Shown here piece by piece: positions 46,511 through 51,938 of a stretch of DNA of 51,938 bases. Both the position numbers and the translations under genes were made by a program. The notes below the pieces were generated by a model. That model was not told the DNA's origin, searched no databases, and saw nothing but the letters and a program-made list of their open reading frames with translations. Source of the stretch: an uncultured Gammaproteobacteria bacterium (GTDB lineage Bacteria; Patescibacteriota; Microgenomatia; UBA8517); contig CAYQUL010000001.1 in the NCBI GenBank assembly GCA_964420735.1, forward strand, positions 1-51,938, in the 5' to 3' direction. The first letter of the stretch is position 1. Each line of letters opens with the position of its first letter.

Positions 46511-47308
46511 ATGAGTAATAATACCGTCATTCATTGTATCGGAGATAGTCATGTCGATTTTTTATCAGGGTATAACAATATTCAACCTGAATGGCCACTT
46601 TTGCACCACGATCGAGTTCCACTTTTTAAAACATATCGATTAGGTGCTGTTCTTGCATATACCATTTCTAAAAAAGGTTCACATGGGCACGAGGCCCTTC
46701 ATTCACTTCTTACGACAATTCCGCCTAAAAGCTATGTCATGCTCATGCTTGGTGAAATTGATTGTAGGGTACATTTAATTAAGCAGGCAAAAAGTCAAAA
46801 AAAACCTGTTAGTGTCGTTGTCAAAAAGTGCGTAGATAACTATTTTTCAAGTATCGAAGAAATCAAAAACGCTGGATATCAGATAATTGTTTGGGGTGTG
46901 ATACCTTCCACTCGTTTTGAAGTACAAGATGATTCGTATCCTACAGTTGGGACATGTCGTGAGAGAAATGAAGTGACTAAATTATTTAATCTACATTTAG
47001 AAGCCAAAGCGAAAAGTAAAAATCTTCCATTTTTGTCGCTCTATAACGATCTTGTTGACGCAGATGGGCTCACTAATATGAAGTATTTTATTGACCTGAT
47101 ACACCTTTCAACACGTGCTATTCCTCTAGTTATAAAGAAAATGAGTACCATAGTCCCACTGTCCAGAAATGTCCAAAGTGAGTCTATGAAAGTTTATTGG
47201 GCAAATTACATAAGATATTACATAACCAGAAGACTCTTGAATTTTTTGGTGATACACCTTAGAGTCTACCCAGTTGCACAAAGACTCTCTCAATCACTAA
47301 AAAAATGA
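46511..47308 (+). CDS. SGNH/GDSL-type hydrolase (putative glycan O-acyl esterase/transferase)
   Basis: Block I 'HCIGDSHVDF' (GDS) and block V 'IDLIHLS' (DxxH). ATG at 46511; the listed 46409 TTG extension overlaps the divergent gene. Confidence 0.6.
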   Translation: MSNNTVIHCIGDSHVDFLSGYNNIQPEWPLLHHDRVPLFKTYRLGAVLAYTISKKGSHGHEALHSLLTTIPPKSYVMLMLGEIDCRVHLIKQAKSQKKPVSVVVKKCVDNYFSSIEEIKNAGYQIIVWGVIPSTRFEVQDDSYPTVGTCRERNEVTKLFNLHLEAKAKSKNLPFLSLYNDLVDADGLTNMKYFIDLIHLSTRAIPLVIKKMSTIVPLSRNVQSESMKVYWANYIRYYITRRLLNFLVIHLRVYPVAQRLSQSLKK

Positions 47309-48981
47309 AAAAGCACTTAGTTATTCTCTCCATTCTGCTTTTTCTTGTTGCTGTGTATTACCTGCCACTTACAAAAGCGTATTTTCAACAAGATGAATGG
47401 CTCGCTTTTGGCAACTATTATGGTTTAGCTAGCCACTCAGTAATTTCCCTTTTGAAAAATTCATTTGCAGCCAATATTGGCCACTATATCCCGCTATACT
47501 ATTTATCCTTCTATGGTCTTGTGAGCATTATTCAAACCAACTTTGTTATTTGGCAAGTATTAAGTATCATTTGGCATCTAGCGATTACTGTTTCAGTTTA
47601 TATCCTCCTTAAACGACTTTTTTTGAACAATAAGCTTGCACTGCTTGGCACGGCACTTTTTGGCTTTTCAGGCAGTGCCCATCAGGCAACGTCGTGGGTT
47701 ATTGCGGATACAAATACTCATGGAGCTACTCTTTTGGGAATAATAAGTTTAATTTTTGCAGGCATGGCAGCAGGAAAAAGAAATGAGAAAAAATATATTG
47801 TTCTTTCAATTGTAATGTTTATAACTTCGCTTCTTTTTAAAGAGACAACGATCGCGCTTTTTGTCTGCTCGCCAATTCTTTTCCTTTTGATGAAGTTTGA
47901 CTCGTTTAATAAGTCTCTTAAAGCGATATTAGTTCCTTGGTCCGTCGCAGGAGCAGGATATATTTCGCTTAGGGCTTTAATGTTTTTGCTCCCTCATGCA
48001 AAAACGACTGCATCTGTTGCAACACAAAGTCAGACAATCTGGGAAATTGCCTTAAATATGATTACTTTTCCGTCTAAAGCACTTGCCCAGAGTTTGATTC
48101 CCTCTAAATGGTGGCTCAGGTTTTCTGAAAGTATTTTGGGAAGATTACATATAACCGGTGGAAACGACGTTCATACAACTGGTTTTGTTGAATTTGTAAG
48201 TGGCTTTCTAGGGGCCTTTTTTGTAACTGTGTTTATCGTAGCAATCATTTTTGTTGTTTTCGCGTGGTTGAGAAATGCAAATGACAAAAATGTTCGCCTA
48301 ATGGTTTTTTCAATTGTGTTTGTTTCTCTAAACAGTTTTATTATTGCTTTTTCTCCAGAGCGCACTGGAATTATTACTTTTATCGATTCTAGAAATTTAT
48401 ACTTTCTACTTGTAGGAGCAATTGTGTTCCTTCTTGCTTTTATTCAGTACTTCAATCTTTTTGAAGTAAAGAAAAAAACATTATATCTATCGTTTGTTTG
48501 CATTTTTCTTCTAAATATTTCAGCAGGGTTATTTGATTTTCGTGACTTAATTACAATAGGAAGAACACGTGCTCAAATTCTCACCGAGTTAAGCAAGCAG
48601 ATTCCGCAACTGTCTGAAAAACAAGTAATTTTTTTGGAAAGTGATGCAAGTTATTATGGTTTACCACAAAGTGAGCCCATACCGCCGTTTCAGTCGGGGT
48701 TTGGCCAAACGCTTTTGATTGTTTTATCTAAAAGAGGCGCTTTTCCATCATCCTTTTATTCTCAGAATTTCCTTTGGGGTATTACCTCGCAAGGATATCG
48801 AGAGCAAGATGGACGAGGATTTGGTTTTTATCGGAAATACAACGATTTGTTGTCAGACCTTAAGCAATACAACATATCTCCAGAAAAGGTGGTATCTTTT
48901 AGGTGGAGAAGCAATACAGAAGCACTAACTAATCAAACTGAGATTGTACGCACAAAGTTAAATAACGATTTACGAAAATGA
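47305..48981 (+). CDS. Polytopic membrane protein, putative GT-C
   Basis: About 12 TM helices, an acidic pair 'YFQQDEWLAF' in the first loop and a soluble C-terminal domain. The layout is similar to the N-terminal half of the 39907 gene. Confidence 0.45.
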   Translation: MKKHLVILSILLFLVAVYYLPLTKAYFQQDEWLAFGNYYGLASHSVISLLKNSFAANIGHYIPLYYLSFYGLVSIIQTNFVIWQVLSIIWHLAITVSVYILLKRLFLNNKLALLGTALFGFSGSAHQATSWVIADTNTHGATLLGIISLIFAGMAAGKRNEKKYIVLSIVMFITSLLFKETTIALFVCSPILFLLMKFDSFNKSLKAILVPWSVAGAGYISLRALMFLLPHAKTTASVATQSQTIWEIALNMITFPSKALAQSLIPSKWWLRFSESILGRLHITGGNDVHTTGFVEFVSGFLGAFFVTVFIVAIIFVVFAWLRNANDKNVRLMVFSIVFVSLNSFIIAFSPERTGIITFIDSRNLYFLLVGAIVFLLAFIQYFNLFEVKKKTLYLSFVCIFLLNISAGLFDFRDLITIGRTRAQILTELSKQIPQLSEKQVIFLESDASYYGLPQSEPIPPFQSGFGQTLLIVLSKRGAFPSSFYSQNFLWGITSQGYREQDGRGFGFYRKYNDLLSDLKQYNISPEKVVSFRWRSNTEALTNQTEIVRTKLNNDLRK

Positions 48982-51860
48982 AAAAAATAATCACAAAATA
49001 TAAGTATGTAGTTCTTGTCATATTAGGTTTTTTCCCATTGGTTTGGTTTGTTAAATATCCTACGGCAATTATTGATGGACTTGATACCAATTTTCCGTTA
49101 GACCCAATCGTTTGGTTTGTAAGAAGATTGTATATATGGAACGATGTTTTAAACGGTGGGCTCCATTTTAGTTCTTCAGTTGCAGGCCTCTTTTTTCATT
49201 TTTTACAGGTATTGCCATATGTACTTGGTATTTCTCTTCAAATAGTTGAACTAAGTAATATCTTGTTCTGGTCACTTTCTATAATTTTCGCCTCGTACTT
49301 TTTTGCAAGAGTTTTTGTTTCAAAGAGGTTTGTTATTCAGCTACTTTTTGTGGCACTTTATAGCTTTAATATTTATTTATTTAATACGTGGGAAAATATT
49401 AAAGTGGCAAATCTATCATTAATGGTTGGATTACCACTGCTCGCAAGTATTTTAAAATTAAGTGTTGAAAAGAAAATAAGCTGGAAGAAAACCATCTTTT
49501 TTTCAACATTAGTAGGAGTGGTGAGTGCGGGAACTGGAATTAATCCTGCATATTTTATTTGTCTCTTAGCAGGGGTTGGAATTTACCTGTTGGTTTTACT
49601 AGCAGTCAAGCAAGATAGAAATGAAACACTTAGGCGTTCAAGTGTGGTCTTTATTCCATTTATTTTAGTGAATGCATTTTGGATAACCCCGTTGGTGGAT
49701 TTTTTGTTTATATCAAACACTGTGCAAACACTTGAATCAATCGGTTTTACAAACTGGGTTGCAAGTTTATCTGTTAATACAAGCCTATTAAATGTAATAC
49801 GCCTCCAAGGAGCATGGGACTGGTACATAAAAAACGACTATGGTGTTCCGCTCTATATTCCGTACGCCTCGCGCTACTTTTATAGCACTCCCTTTGTCTT
49901 ATTTAGTTTTGTCACCCCGATGCTTGCGTTTGCAGCATTTGCTTATCGGAAAGTTGAGAAAATGGAACAATATTTGTTTTTTTCAGTTTTAACAATCCTA
50001 GGAGTTTTTCTCGGTGCAGGACTTCATGAGCCCACTGGTGTTTTATTTAACTTTCTCCTACATAACCTCCCATTTTTTAGTTTTTTTAGAAGCCCTTGGT
50101 ATATTTTCACTCCATTCACCATCATTGGACTTGCGGGGCTATCAGGATTATTTGTTGAGGGACTTTTTGAAAGGTTTGAAACTAAAAAAATATATAGAAT
50201 GTTTTATTTCAAACACGTATTAGTTATCGTGACCGCCAGTTTGGTTGTCGGTCAACTTGTGTATTCATATCCTCAAATTACTGGCAAAATTTTTAGACCA
50301 GGGAGAGATGACAGTTTTTACCAAACATTTCCTGATTATGTCTTTGAAGCAAAAGCACTACTTTCAAAAAGTGACTACGGAAGAATTGTTACATATCCAG
50401 ATGACCAGCTTGAAAGTTTTAAATGGGGTTACAAGGGAACAGAATCAATATTAGGTTTGTTTTCCTCAAAAGAAGTGATTGCCCCATCGTTTAACTACCC
50501 AAACCAATATCTTTCTACACTTGTGGAGCGGTTCTACAGCAGTTTAAAGCGCGGTGAGTTTGTGACCGCCTTTGAAATGTCGCATATCCTTGGCGTTGAC
50601 AGTATGTTTGTTAAAACTGACACTGTTTCGCTTGCACCAAATATTCTTCTAGAATTAGCTCGATTTACTCAGGAGCGAATCGATATTAAAGATTGGCATT
50701 TTATGAAAATAAAACCGGAATACGCTACGACTAAATTCCAAATACCTAAATATATCTATTCAACCGATCTAACCCCCGTCAGGCTTGCCGATTTATCTCG
50801 TTTTATCTCAAAGGACAGTGTTCTTGTATCAAATAGTGACAGCCAACTAGCTTTGTTTCCTGAAATGCACGACAAAATTGCATTAATTAGTCAAGGAAAG
50901 CAGGCGGATATAAGTTCTAAAGACACGCTTCAGTTTACATATACAACAAAAAATCCTGAAGAATATACACTTTACCTTACGGGATATAAAATTAATCCTA
51001 GTGAACTCGTTATTTCAGTTGACAATGTTCCTGTTCCACCACGCAGTGTTTCGACATCAGAGAATGTCATTATAGTCAGTCTTGCAAAAGCCGTAATGGG
51101 TGAGCACACCTTAACAGTTAAACTCCCTCAATCATCGGCTAACATATTGCAGACTGCAGAAGTCTCCGTTATTGGCAGTCCAACGATCGGAACATTAAAA
51201 TACTTCCCCGTTGATAACTTTGATCCATTTAGAAAATATGAAGTGTCTTTCGAATTCAAATACGATTATGGTGATTTGCCAAGTATACGAGTTGCTCAAT
51301 CTGGGCCTAACTCGCCGTACAAAATCGAACCAATAAATTTAATTAGAAACCCAGACTGGCTTTCAGAAAAGTTTATTTTTTCACCTATAGAACTCGCATC
51401 AAAATTGGAACTTATCATCCAGCAGCCTATTCAAAAAGCTTTTACTAGTAGATCTACTTTTAGAAACATACAGATAAGTAACATAACTGAAAACAAATTG
51501 TACATTATTGAAAAAGCCAAGCCAATTAGGACCGACGAAACAACCTTAACATATGTTAAGCAGAATCCGACAAAATACGAACTTGAAGTTAAAAATGCCC
51601 CTGACGGCTATTTTATTGAAATGAAGGAAGGATATCACAAAGGTTGGGGGATTGCCTCAAACGACTATATCGGTGGTAAGCAGGTACATATGACAGCAAA
51701 TGGCTATGCAAACCTATGGTATGTACCAGTGGGGGGAGATGCAAATATACAAGTCTCGTTCTTTGGGCAAAAACTATACGTCTTGGGATTGTTAATTAGT
51801 GGTTTTGTACTCCTTATTACTTTCACTTTTTTCATATATGAACAGAAGCGTAATAAGTAA
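48978..51860 (+). CDS. Large GT-C membrane protein, DUF3367/AftD-like (alpha-(1->3)-arabinofuranosyltransferase family-like) with big extracytoplasmic domain and C-terminal TM anchor
   Basis: N-terminal 'DGLDTNFPLDPIVWFVRRLYIWNDVLNGG....GLFF' follows the AftD-family pattern DTK..L..nP..Fl.R....Wn.....G.....G.LF as I recall it. About 13 TM helices, then about 500 aa of soluble beta-rich sequence, then a terminal TM 'LYVLGLLISGFVLLITFTFFIY'. Confidence 0.55.
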   Translation: MKKIITKYKYVVLVILGFFPLVWFVKYPTAIIDGLDTNFPLDPIVWFVRRLYIWNDVLNGGLHFSSSVAGLFFHFLQVLPYVLGISLQIVELSNILFWSLSIIFASYFFARVFVSKRFVIQLLFVALYSFNIYLFNTWENIKVANLSLMVGLPLLASILKLSVEKKISWKKTIFFSTLVGVVSAGTGINPAYFICLLAGVGIYLLVLLAVKQDRNETLRRSSVVFIPFILVNAFWITPLVDFLFISNTVQTLESIGFTNWVASLSVNTSLLNVIRLQGAWDWYIKNDYGVPLYIPYASRYFYSTPFVLFSFVTPMLAFAAFAYRKVEKMEQYLFFSVLTILGVFLGAGLHEPTGVLFNFLLHNLPFFSFFRSPWYIFTPFTIIGLAGLSGLFVEGLFERFETKKIYRMFYFKHVLVIVTASLVVGQLVYSYPQITGKIFRPGRDDSFYQTFPDYVFEAKALLSKSDYGRIVTYPDDQLESFKWGYKGTESILGLFSSKEVIAPSFNYPNQYLSTLVERFYSSLKRGEFVTAFEMSHILGVDSMFVKTDTVSLAPNILLELARFTQERIDIKDWHFMKIKPEYATTKFQIPKYIYSTDLTPVRLADLSRFISKDSVLVSNSDSQLALFPEMHDKIALISQGKQADISSKDTLQFTYTTKNPEEYTLYLTGYKINPSELVISVDNVPVPPRSVSTSENVIIVSLAKAVMGEHTLTVKLPQSSANILQTAEVSVIGSPTIGTLKYFPVDNFDPFRKYEVSFEFKYDYGDLPSIRVAQSGPNSPYKIEPINLIRNPDWLSEKFIFSPIELASKLELIIQQPIQKAFTSRSTFRNIQISNITENKLYIIEKAKPIRTDETTLTYVKQNPTKYELEVKNAPDGYFIEMKEGYHKGWGIASNDYIGGKQVHMTANGYANLWYVPVGGDANIQVSFFGQKLYVLGLLISGFVLLITFTFFIYEQKRNK

Positions 51861-51867
51861 AAAAGCA

Positions 51868-51938
51868 ATGATCCTTAAAAAGGACATTAATAACGAATTT
51901 CAACACTTTGAAATAAAGATTGGTGACTGGTCGCACAA
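51868..51938 (+). CDS. Start of a further gene (3' end beyond window)
   Basis: From ATG at 51868 the frame stays open to the window edge ('MILKKDINNEFQHFEIKIGDWSH'). Too short to classify. Confidence 0.3.
   Translation, partial: MILKKDINNEFQHFEIKIGDWSH

Noticed and set aside
1-51938. Alternative genetic code (UGA=Gly code 25, as in some candidate phyla) or global TAG reassignment.
   Set aside because: TGA terminates many genes exactly at ATGA junctions where the next conserved N-terminus begins. TAG terminates at least six other genes at sensible positions. The standard code fits.
1-51938. CRISPR arrays, tRNA/rRNA genes, transposases, integrases, prophage or defense genes.
   Set aside because: There are no repeat-spacer periodicity and no intergenic gap longer than about 81 nt. 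No ORF carries DDE, tyrosine or serine recombinase, nuclease or ATPase defense-type motifs that I could recognise.

Overview
AT-rich, almost gap-free coding window of about 45 genes, mostly on the + strand, with 14 ATGA start/stop overlaps. TGA, TAA and TAG all act as stops, so the standard bacterial code applies. I found no rRNA, tRNA, CRISPR array, transposase or integrase. Every gene I can recognise concerns glycan synthesis, so the window reads as one glycosylation super-locus of more than 50 kb that runs off both edges.

The locus is dominated by polytopic GT-C-type (polyprenol-phosphate-sugar dependent) membrane glycosyltransferases:
- Six tandem full-length GT39/PMT_2-like paralogs lie between 3282 and 16903.
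- Four more are fairly confident: two PMT_2-like giants, a PIG-V-like protein and an AftD/DUF3367-like 960-aa protein.
- About five further members are putative.

The rest of the locus comprises:
- 10 GT2 enzymes, at least four of which look like polyprenol-phosphate sugar synthases (DPM1/GtrB type)
- 3 GT4 enzymes and 1 GT10 fucosyltransferase
- 5 class I methyltransferases and 1 FkbM methyltransferase
- a B12-binding radical SAM enzyme
- a CE4-like deacetylase and an SGNH esterase
- an SDR epimerase and a membrane-anchor-less CapD/PglF-like dehydratase
- one Wzx-like flippase

Main points for follow-up:
- The GT-C paralog array, and its overall resemblance to mycobacterial-style extracytoplasmic glycan assembly.
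- Lectin-like beta-sandwich domains fused to four of the large GT-C proteins.
- An in-frame TAG that cuts a discoidin (F5/8 type C) domain in two.
- A radical-SAM plus DPM1-like module on the minus strand.
- A fucose/methylation module.
- Repeated -10 boxes 5-7 nt upstream of start codons, suggesting leaderless transcripts.

Gene density and content fit a small-genome uncultivated lineage (Patescibacteria/CPR-like), but that is only an inference. All family assignments come from motif reading by eye and need HMM or structure confirmation.
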